Source: an uncultured Candidatus Rokubacteria bacterium
GTDB lineage: Bacteria; Methylomirabilota; Methylomirabilia; Rokubacteriales; CSP1-6
DNA length: 64,000 bases
Assembly (NCBI GenBank): GCA_963743355.1
Contig: CAVUPM010000002.1
Location: 2,546,825-2,610,824, forward strand
Direction of reading: 5' to 3'
The translations under genes and the position numbers were made by a program. The notes beneath the pieces were generated by a model, which searched no databases, was not told where the DNA came from, and saw only the letters and a list, made by a program, of their open reading frames with translations. Of the stretch, positions 44,226 to 53,839 are shown in pieces (the first letter of the stretch is position 1; every line of letters begins with the position of its first letter).

Positions 44226-44929
44226 ACTTCGAGGAAGCGCTGCTGGATCGTGGGGTCGCGGCGCAGCTCGGCCGGCGTTCCCTCGAACTGGATCCGTCCC
44301 TGGTCCATCACGTAGAGGCGGTGGGAGAGGCTCATCGCCACCTCCAGCGTCTGCTCCACCAGCAGCAGCGTCGTGCCGCGCTGGTTGATGCGGGCCAGGA
44401 TCGCGGTCAGGTTCTGCACGATCAGCGGCGCCAGCCCCTCGGTGGGCTCGTCGACCAGCATCACCGACGGCCGGGCCACCAGCCCCCGCGCGATGGCGAG
44501 CATCTGCTGCTCGCCCCCCGACAGGAAGACCCCGCGCTGATCCACGCGCTCGCGCAGCCGCGGGAAGTACTCGAAGACCTCGTCGAGAGCGCCAGGGGCC
44601 GCCCCGCCCGCGCGGCCGAGCATGCCGAGCCGCAGGTTCTCGAGCACGGTGAGGTTCGGCAGGATCCGGCGCTCCTCGGGGATCCACGCGATGCCGTGGC
44701 GGGCGATCTCGTGGGTCTCGAGGCGGCCGATGTCGACGCCGCGCAGGGTGACCCGGCCACGGCTCGGCCGCGCGATGCCCATGATCGAGCGCAGCGTGGT
44801 GGTCTTGCCGGCGCCGTTGCGCCCGATCAGCGTGACGACCTCGCCTTCGTCCAGGCGCAGCGACACGCCCTGGAGGATATGCGCCTCGCCGTAGTAGGTG
44901 TGGATGTCCTCGACGCTGAGGAACGCCAT
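44222..44929 (-). CDS. livF: Branched-chain amino-acid ABC transporter ATP-binding protein LivF
   Basis: Walker A GRNGAGKTT, signature LSGGEQQM, Walker B VMLVDEP. Confidence 0.85.
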   Translation of the reverse strand: MAFLSVEDIHTYYGEAHILQGVSLRLDEGEVVTLIGRNGAGKTTTLRSIMGIARPSRGRVTLRGVDIGRLETHEIARHGIAWIPEERRILPNLTVLENLRLGMLGRAGGAAPGALDEVFEYFPRLRERVDQRGVFLSGGEQQMLAIARGLVARPSVMLVDEPTEGLAPLIVQNLTAILARINQRGTTLLLVEQTLEVAMSLSHRLYVMDQGRIQFEGTPAELRRDPTIQQRFLEV

Positions 44930-44933
44930 CGAA

Positions 44934-45683
44934 TTAGCGGACGACGCCGAGGTAGGTCTGCTGGACGCGGTCGTTGTTGCGGATCTCCTCGGGCGTGCCC
45001 TCGGCGAGCACCTGGCCCTGGTGGAGCACGGTGATCCGGTCGGAGATCTTCATCACGACCTTCATCTTGTGCTCGACCAGGATCACGGTGCGGCCGACGG
45101 CCAGCTCGCGGATGAGGCGCATCGTCTCGTCGGTCTCCTCGGGGCTCATCCCGGCGGTCGGCTCGTCGAGCAGGAGCAGTGCCGGGTTGGACGCGAGCGC
45201 GATGCCGAGCTCCAGGTGCCGCTTCTCCCCGTGGGAGAGATGCGCGGCCAGCTGGTCGCCCTTGGCCGTGAGCCCGACCGTCTTCAGCAGGGCGGCCGCC
45301 CGGTCGCGCACGTCGTCGAGATGGTCGGCCCGCGACCAGAAGTCGAAGGCGCGCGCGGGCCCCTGGACGGCGACGCGGACGTTCTCGTGCACGGAGAGGT
45401 GCGGAAAGACATTCGTGATCTGGTACGACTTCGCGATGCCGAGCCGCACCACCGCGTGCTGGGGCAGGCCGGTGATGTCGCGGTCGTCGAAGACGATGCG
45501 CCCCGAGCTCGGCGTCGTCTCGCCCGAGATGAGCCGGAAGAAGGTCGTCTTGCCGGCGCCGTTGGGGCCGATGATCGAGCGCAGCTCGCCGCGGTGGACG
45601 ACAACGTCCACGCGATCGACGGCGATGAGGCTGCCGAACGCCCGGGTCAGGCGCTCGGTGCGCAGCAGGACGGGCTCGGGCAT
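44934..45683 (-). CDS. livG: Branched-chain amino-acid ABC transporter ATP-binding protein LivG
   Basis: Start MPEPVLLRTERLTRAFG; Walker A GPNGAGKTT, signature LSHGEKRHLEL, Walker B LLLLDEPTAG. Confidence 0.85.
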   Translation of the reverse strand: MPEPVLLRTERLTRAFGSLIAVDRVDVVVHRGELRSIIGPNGAGKTTFFRLISGETTPSSGRIVFDDRDITGLPQHAVVRLGIAKSYQITNVFPHLSVHENVRVAVQGPARAFDFWSRADHLDDVRDRAAALLKTVGLTAKGDQLAAHLSHGEKRHLELGIALASNPALLLLDEPTAGMSPEETDETMRLIRELAVGRTVILVEHKMKVVMKISDRITVLHQGQVLAEGTPEEIRNNDRVQQTYLGVVR

Positions 45684-45843
45684 ACGCGCAAATAGCACGC
45701 CCGCTTTCGACGTGTCAAGCCGAGCGGCGGTGTAGTATCGACTCGCGATGACGACGCCGCCCGCCGACGGCATGCCGACCACGCGCGGGCCGAACGTCTA
45801 TCTCGCCGAGCCCGCCGGAGGCTGCTGAGATCCCGCCGCCGCG

Positions 45844-45871
45844 GGAACTTCCCGGACCGCGCCCGGTCTAA
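45844..45871 (+). promoter_or_regulatory. ECF-sigma-type promoter GGAACTT-N15-GTCTAA upstream of the ECF sigma factor gene (autoregulation)
   Basis: gcGGGAACTTcccggaccgcgcccgGTCTAAcc, ending 2 nt before the annotated GTG start, so the transcript may be leaderless or the true start lies downstream. Confidence 0.5.
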
Positions 45872-45873
45872 CC

Positions 45874-46431
45874 GTGCGTGAGGGGCTCACAGACGACGCC
45901 CCGCTGCTCGCGCGGCTGCGCGCCGGCGACACGCGGGCGTTCGAGGAGCTGGTGACGATGTACCAGCACCGGGTCTTCGGGGTCGCGCTCCGCATGCTGG
46001 GCAATCGCGCCGAGGCCGAGGAGATCGCCCAGGAGACCTTCCTGCGCGCCCACCGCGCGCTCGACGCGTTCCGCGGCGAGGCCCGGCTCGCCACCTGGCT
46101 CTACGGGATCGCTTCCCGGCTGTGTCTGAATCGGCTGGCCTCCGGCCCCCGCCGTCACGAGCGGAGCGACGTCATCGCGTTGTCGCTGGCGCCGGCCGAG
46201 GGCGCCGACGCCGTCGGGGCGCTGGAGCGCGGCGAGCTGGAGGCCGCGCTCCACGAGGCCGTCGCCGCGCTGCCGGAGGAGCGGCGGATCGTCGTCGTGC
46301 TCCGCGATCTCGAGGGGCTGAGCTACGAGGAGATCGCCGAGGTCCTCGGGGTACCGCTCAACACGGTCCGCACGCGCCTGCACCGGGCGCGGCTGGACCT
46401 CAAGGCCAAGCTGGAGCGATGGCTGCCGTGA
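45874..46431 (+). CDS. ECF-subfamily RNA polymerase sigma-70 factor
   Basis: Region 2 (DTRAFEELVTMYQHRVFGVALRMLGNRAEAEEIAQETFLRAHR) and region 4 (LEGLSYEEIAEVLGVPLNTVRTRLHRAR). Confidence 0.85.
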   Translation: MREGLTDDAPLLARLRAGDTRAFEELVTMYQHRVFGVALRMLGNRAEAEEIAQETFLRAHRALDAFRGEARLATWLYGIASRLCLNRLASGPRRHERSDVIALSLAPAEGADAVGALERGELEAALHEAVAALPEERRIVVVLRDLEGLSYEEIAEVLGVPLNTVRTRLHRARLDLKAKLERWLP

Positions 46432-47424
46432 CGTGCCCGGAGATCCGCGAGCTGTTCTCGTCGCGCGTGGACGACGCGCTCACCGCCGCCGAGCGCGGCC
46501 GTCTCGACGCGCACCTGGCCACGTGCGCCGAGTGCACGGCCGAGTGGCAGCGCTTCGAGCGCACCGTCGGCCTGCTGCGGGCGGTCGCGCCGGCCCGGGC
46601 GCCTGCCGGCTTCGTCGACCGGATGCTGGCCGCCCGGCCCCGGCCGTGGTACCGGCGGCTCGCGCGTGGCCTGTTCGTGCCGTGGCCGGTGAAGCTGCCG
46701 CTCGAGGCCGCTGCCCTCGTGCTCGTCGCCGGCCTGGCGGTCATGATCTTCCAGCGGTCACCCGAGCTGCGGCAGGCGGCGCGCGCGCCGGAGACGCCGT
46801 CCGGCGTGACGGCGCCGGCGCCCACGGTTCCAGCACCCGGCACCCTCGAGCCGGACTCCGTCCAGACTCTAACCAACCCCGAGGCCAAGCGCTCGCTCCA
46901 GGACGATGCCACGTCGCGGGCTGCCGAGCCTCCCTCCGCCGACACGCGGACGGACCTGAAAGCGGCCCGCGACGCCCCCCCGGCGGCACCACCAGCCGCG
47001 TCGTCGCCGCGCCTCTCCGAAGAATCGCGGACGAAGCGCGCGGACGCGCCGGAGGCGGGCGCGCGGCAGGAGGCCGTCTCAGGAGCGGACAGGCGCCGCG
47101 GCCCGCCAGGCGGCTCCGGCGCCGGCCCTGGGCAAGTCCGGCGAGATCCAGGCGCTGGCGGCTCCGACGTCGTTGCAGGGGCGTCTGACCGTCGGGGACC
47201 ACGCCGCGGCCGAGCGCACGGTGAGCGATCTCGTGACCCGGGCCGGAGGTCGCATCGTCACTCGCGTCGAGGAGCCGGGTGCGCTCGTCCTGGGTCTCGC
47301 CGTTCCCGGCGACCGCTGGGACGAGGTGAGGCGCGGCCTGGAGTCGCTGGGCACGCTCCGGCTCGAGGGTGAGCGCGGGCCCGCGACCGGTCCGCTGCGC
47401 GTCACCCTTCGCCTCGAGCGCTGA
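46419..47424 (+). CDS. Anti-sigma factor (zinc-finger N-domain, one TM helix, Pro/Ala-rich linker, C-terminal folded domain) with an apparent +1/-1 frameshift near 47090-47130
   Basis: Frame 0: MAAVTCPEIRELFSS...HLATCAECTAEW (HxxxCxxC) and TM LEAAALVLVAGLAVMIF; after about 47100 frame 0 becomes Arg/Gly junk, while the adjacent frame reads a clean domain ...GRLTVGDHAAAERTVSDLVTRAGGRIVTRVEEPGALVLGLAVPGDRWDEV... ending at 47424. Confidence 0.55.
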
Positions 47425-47432
47425 GCGCTCCG

Positions 47433-47460
47433 GGAACTTCCTCGCCACCGCCCTGTCTAA
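47433..47460 (+). promoter_or_regulatory. Second ECF-type promoter GGAACTT-N15-GTCTAA, upstream of the secreted DUF4139-like gene
   Basis: ccGGGAACTTcctcgccaccgccctGTCTAAcc about 37 nt upstream of the ATG at 47497 (RBS GGAGGGG). Confidence 0.5.
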
Positions 47461-47496
47461 CCGGGCAGGAGTCGATTCGATCGCCCGGAGGGGCCC

Positions 47497-48906
47497 ATGA
47501 AGACCCGGCTGCTCGCGCTCGCGTTGCTCATCGTGTTCGTGACGGCGCCGCCCGCCTCCGCCGCCACGCTCGCCGTCACCCGCGAGGTCCAGAAGGACGT
47601 GATGGTGACCATCTACAACGGCAACCTCGGCCTCGTGAAGGACGTGCGCGAGGTGCGGTTTCCGATCGGGCTCACCGAGGCGCAGTTCATGGACGTGGCC
47701 GCCCAGATCGACCCCACGACCGTCCACCTCAAATCGCTCACCGCTCCGGCCGGCCTCAAGATCCTGGAGCAGAACTACGAGTACGACCTGCTCTCCAGCG
47801 ACAAGCTGCTCGAGAAGTACGTCGGCAAGATCGTACGCCTCTACCAGTCCGACGGCACCTTCCACGAGGCCCGGCTCCTGTCGACGGCCGGGCCGGTGTT
47901 CGAGATCAACGGCCAGATCCATCTCGGCTACTCCGGCCGGATGGTGCTGCCCTCGCTGCCGGAGAACCTCGTGGCCAGGCCCACGCTGGTCTGGCTGCTC
48001 CGCAACCAGACGGCGGCGCCCCAGAAGGTGGAGGCGTCCTACCTCACCGGCGGGATCACCTGGAAGGCCGACTACGTGATGGTCGTCAACGACACCGATG
48101 CGAAGAGCGACCTCACCGGCTGGGTCACGATCGACAACAAGAGCGGCGCGACCTACGCCAACGCCGCGCTCAAGCTCGTGGCCGGCGACGTCAACCGCGC
48201 CCGCGAGGGCCGGCGTGACGGACGCCTGATGGAGCTGGCCGCCAAGGCCGCCTCCCCGCGCGAGGCCAGCCGCGACTTCGCCGAGGAGGGCTTCTTCGAG
48301 TACCACCTCTACACCCTCGACGGCCGCACGACGATCAAGAACCAGCAGACCAAGCAGCTCGCGCTCCTGAACGCCGCCGAGGTGCCGGTGACCAAGCACC
48401 TGATGTACTACGGCGCCCAGGACTACTACCGGACGTCCTACGGCATGCCGATGTCCAACCAGAAGGTGTCGGTGCTGCTCGAGCTGAAGAACAGCAAGGA
48501 GCACCGCCTGGGGCTGCCGCTACCCAAGGGCAAGGTGCGCGTCTACAAGGCCGATGCCTCCGGCAGCCAGCAGTTCATCGGCGAGGACTGGATCGACCAC
48601 ACGCCCCAGGGCGAGCGCGTGAAGATCAAGCTGGGCGAGGCGTTCGACGTGGTCGGCGAGCGCACGCAGAAGGAGTATCGCAAGCTGGCCCCCGGCCTCT
48701 GGGAGGTCGAGTGGGAGATCTCGCTGCGCAACCACAAGAAGCAGGATCAGACGGTGACCGTCATCGAGCCGGTGCCCGGCGACTGGCAGGTGCTGCACGC
48801 GACGCACCCCTACGAGAAGCCCCAGGCCCACACGCTGCGTTTCTCGATCCCCGTCCCGAAAGAGAGCGCCGCGAAGCTCGTCTACCGCGTCCGCATCCGC
48901 GGCTAG
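47497..48906 (+). CDS. Secreted hypothetical protein, possibly DUF4139 (mucoidy-inhibitor-A-like) family; likely target of the ECF sigma
   Basis: Signal peptide MKTRLLALALLIVFVTAPPASA; 469-aa beta-rich sequence; family name is a tentative recollection, not verified. Confidence 0.5.
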   Translation: MKTRLLALALLIVFVTAPPASAATLAVTREVQKDVMVTIYNGNLGLVKDVREVRFPIGLTEAQFMDVAAQIDPTTVHLKSLTAPAGLKILEQNYEYDLLSSDKLLEKYVGKIVRLYQSDGTFHEARLLSTAGPVFEINGQIHLGYSGRMVLPSLPENLVARPTLVWLLRNQTAAPQKVEASYLTGGITWKADYVMVVNDTDAKSDLTGWVTIDNKSGATYANAALKLVAGDVNRAREGRRDGRLMELAAKAASPREASRDFAEEGFFEYHLYTLDGRTTIKNQQTKQLALLNAAEVPVTKHLMYYGAQDYYRTSYGMPMSNQKVSVLLELKNSKEHRLGLPLPKGKVRVYKADASGSQQFIGEDWIDHTPQGERVKIKLGEAFDVVGERTQKEYRKLAPGLWEVEWEISLRNHKKQDQTVTVIEPVPGDWQVLHATHPYEKPQAHTLRFSIPVPKESAAKLVYRVRIRG

Positions 48907-49133
48907 CGTCCCCGGTCTGATATCGCGCACCGTGACAGCGGTGTCGCCGACGCGGGCGGAGGACGTACGAGATGGGGTCCGTGGACCCGTTCCCGCCACC
49001 CATCACCGTGTGCCCCCCAGCCGGATGGAGCCCAGCCACGGCCGGGCGAGGCGGCCTCCGGCCGCGTGGTGCCACGGACCCCACCTCGTACGTCCTCCGC
49101 CCGCGTCGGCGACACCGACCGGCGGCGCGGAGG

Positions 49134-49526
49134 CTAGCCGGCGGGACCGAGAACGGTCGCGACGATGTGGTTGAGGTACTGGAACTTCACGGGCTTGGGC
49201 AGGTAGGAGTAGGCGCCGTCCCTGATCACCTCACCGGCAACGCGCGTGCTCGCGTTGCCGGTGACCATGATGACCGGGATCCTGGCGTCGATGGCGCGCA
49301 TGCCCCGCAGCGCCTCGACGCCGTCCATGCCGGGCATGTCGATGTCGAGCAGGACCAGCGCGGGCCGCCGGCGGCGCACCGCCGCCAGCGCCTCGGCGCC
49401 GTCACCGGCCGTCTCGACGCTGTAGCCACGCGGCCCGTAGTGATGCTCGAAGTAGCCGACCAGCACCTCGCGCACCGACGGCTCGTCATCCACGATCAGG
49501 ATCGTCTTGCTGACCGGCGCGCTCAT
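49134..49526 (-). CDS. Single-domain response regulator (CheY-like receiver)
   Basis: MSAPVSKTILIVDDEPSVREVL...LLDIDMPGMDGVEALRG...PVIMVTG...SYLPKP. Confidence 0.8.
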   Translation of the reverse strand: MSAPVSKTILIVDDEPSVREVLVGYFEHHYGPRGYSVETAGDGAEALAAVRRRRPALVLLDIDMPGMDGVEALRGMRAIDARIPVIMVTGNASTRVAGEVIRDGAYSYLPKPVKFQYLNHIVATVLGPAG

Positions 49527-49656
49527 GCCGGCCACCCTACACCGGCGCCGCGCGGCTGGCGCGTCCCTATCCATCTACTGTGGACAAAATCTGACCGCCC
49601 CATGGAGACGCTCGCCGGATCGCCATGCTGGCAGGAGGTTACGGGTCACCCGGGGT

Positions 49657-51120
49657 ATGGTGCCGCCCTTGCAGCCCATGCTCGGTTCGATGACCGACAT
49701 CGCGGCATCGCGATCGACGACGGCCGGGCGGAGGCCGGGGACGAGCGGCGGCCCGCTGGCGCCCGCAGCGCACCCTGCGGCGGCGAGCGAAGCCGACGCG
49801 GTCTTCGTGCGTCCACCGACCGACGCCGAGCGCCGGCGCACGCGGCTGCGCCAGGAGATCGCCGCCCGCGTCATCGTCTCCGTCGCGGCGCTGGTCTTCA
49901 ACGAGCTCGTCGCGTTCGACCACGAGGCCGCCGCGGTCATCCGCGTCACCGCGCTGATCGCGCTCGGCGTCAACCTGCCCTACCTCCTCGCGGTCCGCAC
50001 CGGCCGTGCGCTGCGTACGCAGGCCCATCTCAGGATCCTGATCGACGTCGCACTCACCACCGCCGGCCTCTACGGCGCCGGCGGACTCAGCGCCGCGCCC
50101 TACATCGGCATCTACGCCATCGTGCCCGTGTACAGCGCCATCGTGTTCTCGAGCCTCGCCTGCGTGCTGGCCGTGCTGTTCGCGACGGCCACCTATCTCG
50201 TGCTCGCCGCGCTCCAGTCGGCCGGCGTCCTGCCGTTCCTGGCGCCACCGCCGCCGGGCGCCTGGACGACGGCCGCCTTCAATCTGCTGATCCTCAACAT
50301 CGTCGGCTGGCTGGCGGCCCTGCTCGCCCACGCCTACCGCGTCAGCCGCGAGCGCCTGGCCGCGCTCTACGCCGAGCTGGAGCGGGCCCACGACCACTCG
50401 GTGCAGATGAACACGCAGCTGCAGCTCGCGACGCGGCGCTACGTGCTGGGCGAGGTGGTGACCGGCGTCACCCACGAGGTGCGCGACGCGCTGCAGGGCG
50501 TGTTCGGCCACCTGTGGCTGGCGCGGCGCGGGGGCCCGGCGCTGCCGGCCGCCGCTCTCGACCACCTGGCCCGGGCCGAGCAGGCGTGCGAGAACGCCAT
50601 GCGCATCATGGCGACCACGCTCGACATGGCGCGCCGCCCCGAGCCCACGCGCGAGACCGTTGCCGTCGCGGAGGTCGTGCGCCGCGTGGCCGAGCTCAAG
50701 GCCGTCGAGTTCCGCCGCGAGCGCATCGTGCTGCGCGTGGAGCTCGCCGAGCCGCTGCCGCCCATCCTCGGCGGCTCGCTCCAGCTCCAGCAGGCGTTGC
50801 TGAACCTGGTCGTCAACGCGCAGGAGGAGCTGCGCGGCGCGGGCGGCCGGCGCGAGATCTCGATCGTGGCGCGGGAGGACGGCGACCGGGTGCTCCTGGA
50901 CGTGCGCGACACCGGCCGGGGCATCCCGCCCAGCATCCTGCCCCACCTCTTCGAGCCGTTCCACACGACCAAGACGGCCGGCACCGGGATCGGGCTGGCG
51001 ATGTCGGCGGGCATCGCGGAGAGTCTGGCGGGCACGCTGACCGGCGAGAACCGCCCCGAGGGCGGCGCCGCCTTCCGCCTCACGCTGCCCGCCGCTACTC
51101 GCCGGGCTGCAGCTTCCTGA
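49657..51120 (+). CDS. Membrane sensor histidine kinase; start position approximate
   Basis: Several TM helices, then H-box VTGVTHEVRDAL and HATPase_c boxes (NLVVNAQEE, DTGRGIP, GTGIGLAMS). Confidence 0.7.
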   Translation: MVPPLQPMLGSMTDIAASRSTTAGRRPGTSGGPLAPAAHPAAASEADAVFVRPPTDAERRRTRLRQEIAARVIVSVAALVFNELVAFDHEAAAVIRVTALIALGVNLPYLLAVRTGRALRTQAHLRILIDVALTTAGLYGAGGLSAAPYIGIYAIVPVYSAIVFSSLACVLAVLFATATYLVLAALQSAGVLPFLAPPPPGAWTTAAFNLLILNIVGWLAALLAHAYRVSRERLAALYAELERAHDHSVQMNTQLQLATRRYVLGEVVTGVTHEVRDALQGVFGHLWLARRGGPALPAAALDHLARAEQACENAMRIMATTLDMARRPEPTRETVAVAEVVRRVAELKAVEFRRERIVLRVELAEPLPPILGGSLQLQQALLNLVVNAQEELRGAGGRREISIVAREDGDRVLLDVRDTGRGIPPSILPHLFEPFHTTKTAGTGIGLAMSAGIAESLAGTLTGENRPEGGAAFRLTLPAATRRAAAS

Positions 51121-51607
51121 GCAGGCGACGCGTGATGGGGCGTTCGTCCTCGCCCTGATCGGTCAGGAGCACGTCGCCGGGTAGCACCGGCACCTTGCTC
51201 CCCGGATCGCGTACCGCCCGCATCACCACCCGGCACTCGCCCTTCTCGACCCGCGTGGCGCCGGCGTTCTGCCGCATCAGCCGGCCGCCGGCATCCAGCG
51301 CCCAGGTCGTCGCGGCCGGCGCCAGCAGCATCGCGCGGTGCTCGTCCGGCGTCGGAGGCGCCGGGGAGGCCGCGTAGGCCATCGTGGCGTTGGAGTTGAA
51401 GACGTAGCGCTGGTGCATCTGGTAGGCCGGCGCGCTGCGGTCGACGTCAGCCCCGGTCGCGAACCCGAAGCGGACCACGCGCCAGAAGCCCAGGAGGTCG
51501 GCGCGCCGGCACGGACGCAGGACGTCCACCTCCTGCGCGAGCGCCGGCACCGCCATCAGCCCGAGCAGCACCAGCACCAGGACCGGCGACAGTCGCCGGG
51601 GCGGCAC
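51095..51607 (-). CDS. Secreted hypothetical protein (about 170 aa), GTG start just after the ftsK stop
   Basis: Signal peptide (M)PPRRLSPVLVLVLLGLMAVPALA-QE; no recognisable domain. Confidence 0.45.
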   Translation of the reverse strand: MPPRRLSPVLVLVLLGLMAVPALAQEVDVLRPCRRADLLGFWRVVRFGFATGADVDRSAPAYQMHQRYVFNSNATMAYAASPAPPTPDEHRAMLLAPAATTWALDAGGRLMRQNAGATRVEKGECRVVMRAVRDPGSKVPVLPGDVLLTDQGEDERPITRRLLRKLQPGE

Positions 51608-51612
51608 GGCCC

Positions 51613-53839
51613 TTACCGTCCGGCCTTGGCCAGGAACTCCGGACCGACGAGGATCTCGCGCGGCTTGGCGCCCTGGCCGGGACCGATGATCCGGTCCTGC
51701 TCCATCATGTCGATGAAGCGCGCGGCCTTCGGGTAGCCCAGGCTCATGCGACGCTGCAGGAACGAGATCGACCCCTGCCGCTGGCCGATGACGAGCCGCA
51801 CGCAGTCCCAGTACAGGTCGTCGCGCTCGGCACCGTCGCCACCTTCGCCGCCGTCGGCGTCGGCGGGCAGCACGACCTCCTCGTAGACGGCCGTCCCCTG
51901 CTTCCTCAAGAATTCGCAGACGCCCTTGACCTCGTCGTCGGCCACCCAGGCGCCGTGCACGCGCATCTGCTTGTTCGCGCCCGGCGGCACGTAGATCATG
52001 TCGCCCCGGCCCAGCAGCTGCTCGGCGCCGTTGCCGTCGAGCACGGTGCGCGAGTCGACCTTGGAGGCCACCTGGAACGCGATGCGGGTGGGGAAGTTGG
52101 CCTTGATCAGCCCGGTGACGACGTCGACGGACGGCCGCTGCGTCGCGATGATCAGGTGGATGCCGACCGCCCGGGCGATCTGGGCCAGCCGCACCAGCGA
52201 CGTCTGGACCTCGCCGGCCGAGACCATCATGAGGTCGGCCAGCTCGTCGACGACGACCACCCAGTAGGGCAGCCGCTCCTCGGGGCCGACGGCGCGGTTG
52301 TAGCCCTCGATGTTGCGCACCTGCTTGTGCTGCAGCGTCTTGTAGCGCTCGTCCATCTTGCCGACGATCCAGCGCAGCCGGGCCGCCGCCTCCTTGGCGT
52401 CGGTGACGACCGGCGCCAGCAGGTGCGGAATGCCCTCGTAGCAGGACAGCTCCAGCCGCTTGGGGTCGATCATCAGGAAGCGCACGTCGGCCGGCGTGGC
52501 CTTGTACAGGATCGAGCAGATCATGCCGTTGAGGCCGACCGACTTGCCGCTGCCGGTGGCGCCGGCGATGAGCAGGTGCGGCATCGCGGTGAGATCGGCC
52601 ACGACCGGCTGGCCCTGGACGTCCTTGCCGAGGGCCAGCGGCAGCTTGCCCTTGGACTCGGCGAACTCCGGCGAGACGAAGATCTCGCGCAGGTAGACGA
52701 TCGCGTGGTCGTCGTTGGGGACCTCGATCGCCACCGTGCCGCGCCCCGGGATCGGTCCCACGATGCGCACGGAGGCGGCCTTGAGCGCCAGCGCCAGGTC
52801 GTCGGAGAGGTTCACGACCTGGCTCACCTTGATGCCCGGCGCCGGCTCGAACTCGTAGGACGTGATGATCGGGCCCGGGCTCACCTGCACGATGCGGCCG
52901 TCGACCTCGAAGTCCTGCAGCTTGCGCCGCAGGACCTCGGCGTTGTCCTGCAGCTCCAGGCGCGTGCGCTTCAGCTCGGACGCCGGCGGCGGCTTGAGCA
53001 GGCCGACCGGCGGAAGCTGGAAGGACTGGGCGCCGCCCTTGCCGAAGTCGAAGGTCTCCTGCCACGCCAGCCCCTGCTCCATGAGGCGGCCGCGCGGCTT
53101 GGCCGGCTCGACCACGACCGGCAGCGGCGGCTCGACGGCGTCCGCGGGCAACGCGATGGCCGGCGAGGTCCGCTCGAGCTCGAGCCGGGGTACGGCCGGC
53201 TTGGCCGCGCGACGCGTGCGCCGCAGCTTCGCCACGCCGGACCGCCGTGAGCCGGGCGACGGCGGCGTAGGAGGCCTGGGTGACGAGCAGCACGCCGACC
53301 GGCACGGCGGCGAGCAACAGCAGCCAGGCTCCGACCCGGCCGAGCGTGGCGTGCAGCGACGCCGTGAGCGTCCAGCCCAGCCAGCCGCCGGTGGCCAGGA
53401 TGCCGCCGCGGGTCACGCGCGTGGCGACGAACGTATCGGCCGCCTGCTGCAGCAGTCCGGCGGAGGCGAGCAGCAGGACGCCGAGGCCGGCCAGCGGCAG
53501 CCAGCCCTTCGCCACGTGCGGCCGCACGAACGCCGCCGCGCCCCAGGCGCCGAGCAACAGCGGGAGCAGGAACCCCGCGTACCCCAGCACGCGGAACAGC
53601 CCCCAGCCCAGGTACCAGCCACCGGGGCCGACGGGCGAGCCCTGGTCGGCCGGCGGCAGCGCCGGGTCGAAGACGGCCAGCGAGATCAGCGCGAAGCCGG
53701 CGATGGCGAGGGCCACGATGCCGCGCGCCTCGCGCGTCCACCGGCGTGGATCGCTCTTGCGGCGCTTCCGGGGCCGGGCGGCCACCGGCCTGGGGATGGT
53801 GAGGGGCTTGTCGCGCTCGACGGAGACGGTCGCGGGCAT
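51613..53839 (-). CDS. ftsK: DNA translocase FtsK (N-terminal 4-TM domain, Pro/Ala-rich linker, RecA-like motor, gamma domain) with an apparent single-nucleotide frameshift near 53215-53250
   Basis: N-terminal membrane domain MPATVSVERDKPL...IVALAIAGFALISL... in one frame from ATG 53839 (RBS GGAGGT); motor Walker A GATGSGKS, VVVDELADLMM and winged-helix gamma domain in the adjacent frame from 53235. Confidence 0.75.

Noticed and set aside
47173-47424. Independent 83-aa ORF starting at the TTG at 47173
   Set aside because: It encodes a periplasmic-type domain without a signal peptide. The frame upstream is open and continuous with the anti-sigma Pro/Ala linker. Interpreted as the frameshifted C-terminus of the anti-sigma factor instead.
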